From NCBI RefSeq assembly GCF_963921235.1, contig NC_086097.1:66404001-66468000 (forward strand): DNA of 64,000 bases. The letters are read 5' to 3'. Both the position numbers and the translations under genes were made by a program. Below, piece by piece: positions 38,490 through 50,884 of this stretch. Under the pieces are notes generated by a model. That model was not told the origin of the DNA and searched no databases. It saw nothing but the letters and a program-made list of their open reading frames with translations. Origin of the DNA: Mobula hypostoma (lineage: Eukaryota). Each line of letters starts with the position of its first letter. The stretch's first letter is position 1.

Positions 38490-39180
38490 CCTTCATTGTT
38501 AATCAACAAACTTCAAGACCTGGGCCTCTATACTTCCCTCTGCAATTAGATCCTTGATATTCTCATTGGGAGACCACTGTCAGTGTGATTTGGTAATAAA
38601 ATCTCCTCCTTGCTGACAATCACCACAGGCACACTTTAAGAATCTGTGCTTAACCCACTGCTCTACCCTCTCTACTCTCATGACTGTCTGTCTAGGGACA
38701 GCTCAACACCATCCATAAATTTGCCAATGAGATCACTGCTGTTAGCAAATGTGGACAGAAGGGGCAGCATGGTAACATAGTGGTTAGCATAGCATTTTAC
38801 AGTACTAGTGACCCGGGTTAAATTTCCACTACTGTCTGTAAGGAGTTTGTATGTCCCTCCCCTCCCCCCCCCCATTATGTTTCATCCCAATTTCCTTCCA
38901 CAGTCTAAAGGTGTACCAGTTGGCTGGTCAATATTCATTGTAAATCATCCTGTGATTATACTAGGGTTCAATCGGGAGTTGCTGGGCAGCATGGCTCAGT
39001 TCAAATGGTTGGAAGGGCCTATTCTGCGCTGTATCTCCATAAATTAAAAAAATCTCAGCTGGTGAAGAAGAGGCATGCAGGAATAAGGTAGATTGGCTGG
39101 TTGAGTGATGTCAAAACAACAACCTTGCACTAAACATCAGCAAGACTAAAGAATCAATTGTGGGCTTCAGGAGGGATTGG
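38490..39180 (+). mobile_element. Rex1/Babar RT fragment split by a SINE
   Basis: KLQDLGL.TSLCN.ILD.L.GRP, .VLNPLLY.LY, NNLALNISKTKE.IV.FR on either side of the SINE. Confidence 0.75.
38761..39046 (+). mobile_element. HE1/V-SINE-type SINE
   Basis: ggggcagcatggtaacatagtggttagc (A box), gggttaaatttcc (B-box-like), CR1-like 3' end gaagggcctattctgcgctgtatctc. Confidence 0.8.
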
Positions 39181-39439
39181 CTTTGAATTAGCTCCCCACC
39201 ACCAACCTCTCTATCTATTACCTCAGTCACCGAACTGTACTTTAAACACTTTAAACCAATTTTTATAATGCTGTTTATATTGTAAATACATACTGGTATT
39301 TATGTATTTTTGCAGATTTATTCCATATCTATCCTTCTACTTTATTTTTATATAATTCTTTATAATTGTTGAATGTTGTTTTTGTTGGATGTTGTGCCAC
39401 ATACAGTGGATTGTGGTTAATCGGGCCATCGATTAATTG

Positions 39440-40150
39440 GGACCTGACCTCTCTGACTTTCGTCTGCTCGGTCACCCACCACCCCCAACAGTATCCAAAG
39501 TGGTATACCTGTTGTTGAGGAGGGTAGCCACAGGGGTACTTTGCACTAGATTTAACCCCTTTCCCCTTCCTAACTGTCACTGATTTTCCTGTATCCTGCA
39601 CCTTGGATGTAACTACCTCTCAATAAGTCCTATTTATCACCCCTTCAGCCTCCCAAATGATCCAGAATTCATCCAGTTCTAGCTCCAACTCCTTAATGTG
39701 GATTGTTAGAAGCTTCAGTTGGATGCAGTTCTTGCAGGTGTAGTCGTCAGGGACACTGGAGGTCTCCCTGCCTTCCCACATCCCGCAAGAGGAGCTTTCA
39801 ACTATCCTGCCTAGCATCTCTACTTTTCTAGCTGTGCAAATATAGAGAAGAAAACAATAAATAAACTGGAGGAAAATCTAACTTCAGCTTTTTTTTGCCT
39901 ATTCTCACTCCAGCCTGTCCTCACTGAAGCCTCAAAGAGCTAAACCTCAAAATCACTGTCCACTCCACTGATGACTGCTCCACTTGCCCCTGCCTTATTT
40001 TAACTTGTTCTTCCTAATCAATCCTGATCTCTGATTGGCCATTGCTCAAAACATCAAACAGCTGCAAGTTGCTTCCTTATGTACTCAATTGGGAAACCTG
40101 AGTGAGCTGCATCTTCTCATACTTAAGATCTCCAATTGGCTGCTGCTCAA
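39440..40150 (-). mobile_element. Isolated CR1 5' UTR and ORF1 N-terminus
   Basis: ORF 39620-39817 (SCGMWE...DDYTCKNCIQL...ELELELDE); homologous to 17650-18150. Confidence 0.85.
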
Positions 40151-41527
40151 AATTGTAGTAAGCATTAAACTAGGAAATAGAGCATAGATTAGGCATAGCC
40201 ACCTGAAATAGCCAGAGGCCGAACAGATGACTAAAAATGATCTGTAACCAACTGCCAGAGTAGTCTAGGCAGGAGTATAGCCTGTAGACGAGGCCACAGA
40301 ATGCTGCAGATTTCACATCAATTATTTTAATAAACCTGAGCTTGCAAAGATAACTCTAAGAGCAGTTGAAATGGAAGTGTATGTCTCTGTAGAGACTGGG
40401 AGAATACAGTTTTCAGTAATGAGTCCTTCTTTGGCACATTACTTAGATTTCCTAGGTATCTGGATTTGTATTGATGCCTGTGGTCCAGCATCAAGCTTCT
40501 GTGCAAAACTACTGAAAATATCCTGTATGATCCATTGTCAGGCAGGATAGATCAATACAAGTTTCAGTGGAGATTAGAAATAAGTTTTAGAATGAGCAAA
40601 AACCTTCCCATGTTTTACAGCAGAGAACAAGTAAGCATGTGGGTGGTCATTGACATAGCAAAGCAAACATCATTTTGAAAACCTTATTGGTTTGTACATG
40701 TTCAGTGATAGATGAGCTTTTGAAAATAATCACTGAGCTTCACTCTGCATAGTTGAGAAATGGCATTGCACAGGGAATAACATCATATCATTCTGCTGTA
40801 AATATCCAGTACCCATGCAAGAAAGCTGGTAGAGTGCCTGGTTGAGTGTGGTAATTGTATTTTACTTTGAGAAAAGTTGATTTCCATTTGTATTGTGCTG
40901 GATTTTTCGAGTACTGCTGTCTGCTGACTCTAATTGCATTAAAAATGGCTGTGAAAGTGTTCACTGTCCTTAATTTTCATTGCCCCAGATGGTTCCAATC
41001 CCCACATGGTTATTCATTCAGCATTTCTCTGTCACGTGCTCATAAGTAAAGTAGCTCACTCATGAACTACATGACAGATGAAGATAACAGAATTGCCCTG
41101 GCATGCAATTCTGTCGTCTTCATCTGTGATGATACAAGAAAGTGAACAGGCACTGGAGTTTGCACTATTAGCTTTCTATTGGGGTTGAGTAGCATTGACT
41201 CTACAAGGGGAGCAAAGTGTATGGCTGGTGATGTGTTATAGGGAAATACAAGTTCCCGCATGGACCTGTTCTAGGCAACCGCTGAATAGTGCACGACTTA
41301 TAAATCCACAACATAAGAGTCATCCCTTGAGTGTTCTTATCTTTGTGTTCTTATAAAAATATATTTGTTTTTTTTGGCAATTTAACTGATAGATATTATT
41401 ATATCAACAGGTACAGATTTGGATAATTTGTCAAAAGCCATTTTAATTAGCAGGAAATTGCTGTAAAGTGTTTTTGATGTTGGATGACAGTTAAATTTAG
41501 TGGTAATTTAGTAGTGCTGACATTATT

Positions 41528-42980
41528 GAACATAAAACTTTGTAGCACAATACAGGCCCTTCAGCCCATGATGTTGTGCTGACCTTCAACCTGCTCTACA
41601 TTTCTATCATCCATATGCCTATCTAAGAGTATCTTAAATGTCCCTAATGTATCTGCCTCTACCACCACCCCTGACAGCATGTTCCATCCACCCATCACTC
41701 TCTGTGTTAAAAAAAAACTTTCCTCTTACATCCCCCCATACTTTTCTCCAATCACTTTAAAATTATGTCTCCTTATGTTAACTATTTCTGCCTTGGGGAA
41801 AAGTCTGACTATCTACTTGACTTATGCCTCCTATTATTTTGAACAACACATCAAGTCACCGCTCATCCTCCTTCACTCCAAAGAGAGAAGCCCTAATTGA
41901 TTCAGCCAATGCTCTCCAATTCAGGTAGCACCCTGATAAATTTCTTCTGCATCCTCTTTGAAGCTTCCATAATTTTCCTGTGATGAGATGACCAGAACTG
42001 GACATAATATTTCAAGTGTGGTCTAAACAGGATTTTATAGAGCTGCAACATTACCTCATGGCTCTTGAACTCATTCCCCAGTTAATGAAGGCCAACAAAG
42101 CACACACCTTCATAACAACCTATGGCAACTTTGAGTGATCTATGGACATGGACCCTAGGATACTTCTGTTCCTGCGCTTTGCTAAGAATCCTGCCATTAA
42201 TGCTGTATTCTTAATGCAAATTCGACCTTCGAAACTGAATCACTTTACACTTTTACAGTTTGAACTCTGTCTGCCATCTCTCAACCCAGCTCTGAGTCCC
42301 TTTGTAACATAAGCCAACTTTCTACATTGTCCATAACTCCACCAACTTTTGTGTCATCTGCATATTTACTAATTCACTTTTCCACTTCCTCATCCAAGCC
42401 ATTTATAAAAATCATGAAGAGCAGGGCTCCAAGAAGATCCCTGTGGAGCAGTACTGGTCACTGACTGCCAGGCAGAATATGCTCCATCTGTAACCATGAG
42501 CAAGCCAATTCTGAATCAACACAGCCGAGTTTCCCAGGATTCCATGCCTCCTGGCTTTCTGAATGAGCCTACCATGGGGTGCCTTTTGAAAGATCTTACT
42601 AAAATCTATGTACTCTACATCCTCTGCTCTACCTTCATCAATGTGTTTTGTCACATCCTCAAAGAATTCAGTCAGGCTTGTGAGTCACGACCTGCCCCAT
42701 ATAAAGCCATGCTGACTATCCCTAACCAGATTATGCTTCTCTAAATGCTTGTAAATCCTGTCTTTCAGAATTGTCTTCCATAATCTGCCCACAACTGTAA
42801 TAAGACTCACCAATCTATAATTCCCAGGATTATCCCTACTCTCTTTCTTGAACAAAAGAATAACATTTGCCACCTTTCAATCATCTGGTACTACTCCTGT
42901 GACCAGTGAGGACAAAGAGATCATCACCAAAGGCTCAGCAATCTCTTCCCCAGCAATCAAAACTTGGAGTACATCTCATT
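41528..42980 (-). mobile_element. CR1 LINE 3' ~1.45 kb
   Basis: NYRLVSL.TVVGR, DSQHGF, IDFSK.F.K.PHGRL motifs; gaacataaaac tail complement. Confidence 0.88.
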
Positions 42981-43553
42981 ATATATGCTGTTATAAAATA
43001 TACATTCTTTCAGCATGAATTATACTGCAAAAATTATGTTAATCAATTCAAAGTGTCATTGACATAATTACAAAATGTAACTATTCACAGAAATTAGTCA
43101 TATCTGATTAGTGTATGACCTTTTTAACTATGCCATATTTAATATTTTATAAACACCAGCTAATTTTGCTTTGATATTCCTTAATGGGAGTTATGATTAA
43201 CAGCCAGACTTTAGGTAAAACTTAACACATTTATGCCACAGCACAGCAACAATATTCAATACCAAAATTAAGTATTTGATTGTCTAGCCCACTCAGTGTG
43301 ATTCAGTGTAATAAACTTGTCAAGGCAATATTGCATGTTTGTAAACTCTTTCCTATGTTTAAAGTTGTTTATTTAAAAATGTTGAAGAGATTAACAATTT
43401 CTTCCGTAACTTTGATGACACTTATTCTTTTGTCCTTTATCCCTAGTTCTCTCTAGACCTTTTTCTTACACTACAATATGTTTCTCCAAACATTCTCAAG
43501 TCTTGCAATCCCAATACTGATTTTATATAATAAATATTATATTTGCAATGCAG

Positions 43554-43694
43554 GAAGCCCTGATCAACTTTCAGAAAGCTTTGGATATTGAATTTGAAAG
43601 ATCTGAAACACAAGTTATAAACCCATCAATGGAACTTGCAGAATTATATTATCTCATAGGTTGCTGCTATTCTGAACTGGATAAACTGACAAAG
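43554..43694 (+). CDS. TTC6: TTC6 internal exon: EALINFQKALDIEFERSETQVINPSMELAELYYLIGCCYSELDKLTK
   Basis: tgcag| acceptor, AAG|gtaaga donor; 141 nt, phase 0/0; TPR helix pattern. Missed by the ORF track because it is under 60 aa. Confidence 0.88.
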
Positions 43695-45324
43695 GTAAGA
43701 ATATTTGCCTAGAAATTGAATAGTGCCTGCAGAGATGTATTACTCAATCAGTACACAGTGAGTCAATGAGCCTGTCTCCGAAGAAATCCAGTAATGTACG
43801 AGTCTAGGTGATTGTGTGTGCTGTGGAGCAGGCCTTGCATTTTAAAGGTCATTCTTTTGTGGCAGAAGGTGCACAGAAGGCAGATATCTGAGATTGTTGC
43901 CTGGTATTCAGAAAACAGAAGGTTGGTTGGAGCATTTGGGTTCAAAGGGGTATGGGTCAGCACGAATTTGAGGTTAAGGGGTAGGGATGATAGGCTTTGT
44001 GATGGTGATGGCGCTAGGTTTCTGTATGTGGAATTTTATTAAAAGTGCTCAGTAGGTCCAATCAGTAGTCAGCAGTACAACTGGCAGATCAGAGAGGAAA
44101 TTGGGTTAAATTACATTAAGAGTTGTTCTTGGATGGGGTATTTGGTGTTGCCTTCCACCCACCACCAAAGGAGTGCTGCATTCAGTATTTAAATAGTATG
44201 TGAAGTAGTTCTCAGTATTAGCAGTGCTGGATACCTCTGCCTATGTCCAACCCCTTTATGTTTTGTTTATTAGATGTATAGAAAATCCAAAAGGAATATC
44301 CACAGATTTTGTGATGCTGGAAGAAATTTGCTGTTTATACCTGAAATCTGAAACCTGAAAGTAATATTTTTATTGAAATTGAATCAAGTATCTTTAAACT
44401 TTTGTAGCCTGGGGGAAAATACACATGCAGGACAACAAATACTTTTTTTTATCTGTTTTAGATGTTTTTTTGCAGGAAGAGGGTATCAAAATAAAAACAA
44501 CAAAATAAATTTTAAGAACAGTTCCCGCTATTACAATCTCAGTTTAACTTCAGACCACACCGTTATTACATATGCAGTATGAAAATAACTAAAATGAAAT
44601 ATACAAAACTATACGGTAGTTCAAAAACAATACAATCAATGTTAGCATCCCACCAACCCTGTACCTTATACACAAAATTGAAAATATGAATAAATATATC
44701 TCATCTTAACTAAGTGATATACTCACATTTGGCATACACGTGTTTAACTTCCAAACACATATAGGATAGACCTTGAAATGAGTTCTCCTTGCTCACGTTA
44801 TGTCACACATTCACATTACTCTGTTACATTCACATTCAGTCATGAAAACAAATAAACTTTTACAATATATTGCCCTGTAGTTGAATTACTAAAAAGACTA
44901 ACATAGTAAGCTGATTAAGGAACTTTGCAATCATGCTATCCAGTGCTGATCAATTTACTCGTGAAAATCTAAAGCATCCACATGTAAAACATGTCAAATT
45001 ACTGATATTCTAGATTTACAAACAAGTATAAATTAATTTCCATGGATACTATCAAATACTATTCACCTTTCCTCACCAAACTTGGGAAAAACATTTGAAC
45101 GTCATTCTTTCTAGAACATGGCAACTCTTCGTTCTACTCCACCCATGCAAAATGACATCACCTTTTTCTCTTAAAGATACTGGCAGCTATTTTAGCTTAC
45201 CAAGGTGAATACATAAGTGGACTCTAACAATAAAAAAAAGATATTCAACCGTCACCTGGTTACATAAGTATAGTTAATGCTTGTTAATACTTTTTCCTCA
45301 GAATTAATCTTTGATACTTTTCAG

Positions 45325-45474
45325 GCAGTGGATTCATTTGATAAGGCATTGAAAACGTACCCAAAATTTGCTAAAGCATATTATCACCGTGGCCTGTGCA
45401 GAATGAAGCTTCATGAAATTAATTGCATCTATGACTTTCACAGAGCACTTGCAATCAACCCTCGACTTTTTGAG
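45325..45474 (+). CDS. TTC6: TTC6 internal exon: AVDSFDKALKTYPKFAKAYYHRGLCRMKLHEINCIYDFHRALAINPRLFE
   Basis: cttttcag| acceptor, GAG|gtattg donor; 150 nt, phase 0/0; textbook TPR consensus (AYY.RG...DF..AL.INP). Confidence 0.92.
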
Positions 45475-45922
45475 GTATTGGTTTTCCTTGTAATTACTTC
45501 GAACATAATTTATTGATAATTTAGTGAATCAGTTAATAAATATTCAATTTATGACTAAGATGTTGATACAGAATTTATAATTTATAATTTTATAACCCTT
45601 AACTTTTGATAGCAATACATTTGAACTTTTGGATGGGAGATCCAGTCTGCCACACACCCTAACGGTGGAGGGTAGAACTAGAGTGTTTAGTTACCAATTA
45701 ATGCAGCATACTATAAAACACACCAGACAATGACTTTGCCTAACAACTTATTTATTATTTGCAATTAGCTCAAACAACTCAAAAGTGAGCTATATAGTTT
45801 TACATCCCTTTTAGTTACACAACTCTTTAATTTGCTTTTACAATTTCCAAAATTTACTATTTGTGTTTAAGTATTACCCACTCTCGTTGAACCTGCCCAG
45901 GATTTGATCATGCTGATTTATT

Positions 45923-46870
45923 ATAGAACCATAGAACCATAGAAACTACAGCACAGAAACAAGCCTTTTGGCCCTTCTTGGCTGTGCCAAACCATTTTCT
46001 GCCTAGTCGCACTGACCTGCACACGGACCATATCCCTCCATACACCTCCCATCCATGTATCTGTCCAATTTATTCTTAAATGTTAAAAAAGAACCCGCAT
46101 TTACCACCTCGTCTGGCAGCTCATTCCATACTCCCACCACTCTCTGTGTGAAGAAACCTCGCCTAATGTTCCCTTTAAACTTTCCCCCCCTCACCCTTAA
46201 CCCATGTCCTCTGGTTTTTTTTCTCTCCTTGCCTCAGTGGAAAAAGCCTGCTTGCATTCACTCTATATATACCCATAATAATTCTATATACCTCTATCAA
46301 ATCTCCGCTCATTCTTCTACGCTCCAGGGAATGAAGTCCTAACCTATTCAACCTTTCTCTGTAACTGAGTTTCTCAAGTCCCGGCAACATCCTTGTAAAC
46401 CTTCTCTGCAATCTTCCAACCTTATTTATATCCTTCCTGTAATTTGGTGACCAAAACTGAACACAATACTCCAGATTCGGCCTCACCAATGCCTTATACA
46501 ACCTAATCATAACATTCCAGCTCTTACTCAATACTTTGATTAATAAAGGCCAATGTACCAAAAGCTCTCTTTACAACCCTATCTACCTGTGACGCCACTT
46601 TTAGGAAATTTTGTATCTGTATTCCCAGATCCCTCTGTTCCACTGCACTCCTCAGTGCCTTACCATTAACCCTGTATGTTCTACCTTGGTTTGACCTTCC
46701 AACGTGCAATACCTCACATTTGTCTGCATTAATCTCCATCTGCCATTTTTCAGCCCATTTTTCCAGCTGGTCCAAGTCCCTCTGCAGGCTCTGAAAACCT
46801 TCCTCACTGTCTACTACACCTCCAATCTTTGTATCATCAGCAAATTTGCTGATCCAATTTACTACATTCT
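45923..46870 (-). mobile_element. Relatively young CR1 3' ~0.95 kb
   Basis: (atagaacc)n tail complement; LVRPNLEYCVQFWSPNYRKD, KCEVLHVGR; few frameshifts. Confidence 0.92.
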
Positions 46871-48550
46871 CTGAGTTCCTGACTTTTCTTCAGTGGTTGG
46901 TCTCCATTGTCACTGCTGCAGGTCATCCCATAAGACAACTTTTCATATACCTTCCAAACATTGTTATTTCTTTAATGCCTCTAACACAGCAGCTATTCCA
47001 GTTCTTATTCATATAAGTATACAGTATGTTTCTTTAACTTCAAATTCTTGCTAGCACATTCCACTGTTGTGACTGTGATTTAAGTCACTGGAGAATCTGG
47101 AGAAATCATGGAAATGGAAGTCTTTATTCACCATGACAAACAGACATTCCCCTAAGGACTTTCTCAGTACATCACATTTTTCATATCCTGAAGATCAAAG
47201 GTAACAGTAAGTGATGCAATACAATTTAAATAGTTACAATGCAATTGTTTACTTCAATACTTTGGGTTTTCAAGTGGGTCCTTTGAGGTACATTTTTACA
47301 ATGGAAGTACATTGTAATTGATAAGACATTTTTGAAGATACAAACATCTTTGTTGGGAGAAATTAATTAAAACAGATGTTCTGAAACCTCTGACAGCAGA
47401 CAGCCATATCTCCAATTATTGATAGATCAGCTATTTGATATGCTAAGTGATAGTATCAGTCTGCAAGCTTCCTTGAATGTGTTTACAATGGTGCAAATTA
47501 TTTAAACCCATAGTTGCCTGGATGGATGCAGGCAATTAACACAACCTCATTTTCATACCGTTTGGCTATTGCATATGGAAACATCTCATGGTCACCATTT
47601 TGCAAAGGTGTGCTCTTAACTTCAATTTACTGCTTGCAATTTATAATTTACAATAAGAACTGAAGACTGGTTCTTGCTTGAATTAAGATCTGCTTTATTC
47701 ACAGAATACTCCCTAACACCATAATGACCTCAACCATTGTTTCCTGAGTTATTAGAGTGTCTGTGCTTTGGCAATTTACAAGTCAGTTCCACAAAATTTC
47801 AGTTTGCAAAACATTCCCCACTTGCTTGGTCTGTCCTCTGGATAATTTACAATGGGGTAGTTCACTTGGCTATAAATCTGTCTGAGTTACATTCACATGC
47901 TGATTAATTGACCAGGTGTTAATCATGTAGTCACCTTCCACTGTGCTGCTTTTGTTATATGGCACCCAGCATCTCTTTCTGCCCAACAAAGTGTCTTCTC
48001 AGAGCTTGATGGTATATTTGACATTGCTCTGGCTGCTATAGTGTAAATGAATCAGTGAGTTGACCAGTCAAACAAGTTAATATCTTCACTTTTGAGTACC
48101 TATTACTTTTTAAATAGATTAAACACTAGTTATATGGAAATTCACAATGAAAGCAGAAAATTATAACTCAAGTGAGTGCAATAGAATTATAAGGAAAATG
48201 TAAAACATGTTGGAGAGGAAATGAATTATCACTACGGAAGCACTAATTTTATGTGGACCTTCAACAATGGAAGCAAGAAAAGTTATAATTTGCAACAGAT
48301 GCTAGTATCTAATCAGTAATTTACTAGATTAATAATTACTAGGTGATTAATAATTAATAAATTACTGTTCCCTTTTAAATGTCTTTTGGGCTACTTAATC
48401 ATCAGGATATTTCATTCATGGGATATAATTTTATCTTTGATAGCTGATCTGAGAACTTCTGCGTTAAGATAAACCCAAAAAAAGAATTCAGGAGAAACAT
48501 CCATTATCAGTAAATTATTATAATGTGGAATTTATTACTATGTAGACAAA

Positions 48551-48743
48551 GGGTTGGCTGGTGGTGTAGTGGTATCAGCACTGGACTTCAAAGTAGATGG
48601 TCCTGAGTTCAAACCCAGCCAGGTCCCAACCTGGGCAGCAGCAGTATCTGCATGGATGAAAGGCCTGGCAATCTACTTCCGTATCTTGCCATGAAAACTC
48701 TGTGGACTCTGTGGTCAGAATTGACTTAACGGCCGAACAACAA
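48551..48743 (+). mobile_element. tRNA-derived SINE with RTE-type body and tail
   Basis: A box tggtgtagtgg, B box gagttcaaacc; gaaaggcctggcaatctacttccgtatcttgccatgaaaac segment and gtcagaattgacttaacggc(aac)n end resemble RTE-mobilised SINEs. Confidence 0.7.
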
Positions 48744-49429
48744 AATAAGTAGTTGAGCTGAATATCATGAAACTTTTAAGGAGTAGTTGGATTAAATGAC
48801 ATGAAGATATAAAATCATGCTGAGAGGATTAGATGATTTGATTGTTTCTATGCTATACATCAGATGTAGCCATTTTGTTTGCCAAGGCTCTGGCATTTAA
48901 ACAACAGCCAAAGTGTTCAAAGCCCAACAATCCTGCTGGATGGTTAACGCTTCATAAATCAGAAGTACTATTTTGTTTGTATTGATCTTTGTCCACTCGT
49001 GAATTTGTTATCGATGTTTGATCAACAGAGAGTCTCAAAGTTAGCCTTTTGCCAGGATTCTTTGTGTCTCACCAGCAGTATCCCTTCCCTGCAGGGACCA
49101 TATTAGTCAAATCCATAAAAAGTAGAAGCAGGAATCAGCTGTTCAATCCCTCCTGCCAGAGACCTAATTTCCTGCACTTTTTTCCATATTAAGGACTAAC
49201 TAACCTTCTTGGAAAGAAGTTTGAAGAATATTAAAAAACTTAGGAGTGAAAAAGAAGAATAGATCAATCAATATTATTTTCCATATTCAACAAACCTAGA
49301 AACTGTGCCTCAGAAGATAAAGAATTGGTTTATGGCATTATATATAAAAGGTTATTTCATGTACAATGTTCCCAATAACTAAGAATTACAAAGCAATGGT
49401 CTTTATAATAATCTCTGTAATTTCTGTAG

Positions 49430-49570
49430 GTCTACCTAAGTCGAGCTGTGTACTACGCAATGCAGCGACGCTACCTTAAGGGTATTCTAAGCTGCAATGA
49501 AGCACTGAAGCTTCAGCCCCGGAGTGTAAGAGCCTTTCTTTGTAGAGGAGCACTGAAATATTGTGCTAAG
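49430..49570 (+). CDS. TTC6: TTC6 internal exon: VYLSRAVYYAMQRRYLKGILSCNEALKLQPRSVRAFLCRGALKYCAK
   Basis: tttctgtag| acceptor, AAG|gtactg donor; 141 nt, phase 0/0; YLSR...RY.K.IL.CN.A.K..P.SVRA.L.RG.LKY as recalled for TTC6. Confidence 0.92.
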
Positions 49571-50884
49571 GTACTGTATGTATAACCCTTTTTCTATTTA
49601 TGTTAGTAGTTTATAGATAAATGATTTGATGGCAGTATAATTTAAGTTGTTGAATTAAAGATAAACTTTCAACTAAATCTGCGGAAATATTAGCTAGTTG
49701 ATATGAGATACAAACATTTGTTTTCAACCATCACAAATGCAAAGACCAACAGGCATGATAATGGTGAGGTGAGGATGCTGGTAATGGTAGAGCTAACCAA
49801 ACACATAAATGAACAGAGGCAGGACATACATTACTATGAGGGGAATAATCATTTGAAAAGATACATTTGCTGCATATACAGTGCTACCAGTCATTTTATT
49901 CTTGGATCCTGCATGGATTGTGGGTTTAAAGGCATTCAAGCCAATAGTTTGGAACACCTGCTCCTCCTGACACACAGCTGTCAGTTTTATCATACAAGGG
50001 AAATACAGTGGTGATTGTCAAAGTGTTGACAGGAATATAGCTGCCATGGTAAAAAAAATGTGGTATGTACACATCTTCATATGCTTACGTGTATACAAAT
50101 TGGAGTTCATCCTAACCTTGACCACATGAACAAGGTTAGGGAATTCTCAGCGCAATATTTTAAACTTCTTGGGAAGTTATTCTTAGCACTGATATCTCTG
50201 GTGGTTGTCACCTAATATCACCATTTCTCAGTGTGGGTGGTTTTCCTGTACAATATACCTCTCCATTTTTCAATCTTTCCAACTACAACATTGGGGTTGG
50301 TATGCATTAACATGAGAGTTTGCATATATTTCATGTCTTACAGATTGCCTATACATTTAACTGGGTTTTAATCGGAATCTAATGCTGTAAAGTAAATCTA
50401 AACTGCTGATGAACCTATCAACACTACCTCATTATTTCTTCTGGTTTTTGCACTATTTATTTATTTTGCAGATTAGACAGTGATAATAAACCTAATTCTG
50501 AGATTACTTGGTTATTTTTTCAGGAGCTTGGAACACAACAACTGAGCCTCTCAAAATTTACAGCTGTCCAGAAGTGATTTCTAAAATTACAAAGATCATG
50601 GCTTCTTTGAGTTAAAGTTGGATATTGCTTTGTCTTACTACCAGCTTTTCAGTTACTCCGCCTACTCTCTCATTCTCCCTCTTTCTTCCTTTCATTCTGT
50701 CCTTTTGCTGTTTAACCAAGTCTCTCTATCCTATCTTCTCCACTTCTTGCTCACTTCTACTCAGCTTCATTCTCCCTTGTTTCTTCTTTCCTTGTCAACT
50801 GCTTTTCAAAGGCAAACCTTTTTTTTTGGCACTGTTCAAAAATATTGGTGTTCTTTTTATTTTGGAAATTCTTTGATAAGGAAC

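Noticed and set aside
48551..48625. tRNA gene
   Set aside because: A and B boxes are present but there is no complete cloverleaf, and it continues into a SINE body and tail.
50524..50577. Possible alternative terminal exon after ttttttcag (ELGTQQLSLSKFTAVQK*)
   Set aside because: A good acceptor alone is common by chance; no homology or other support.
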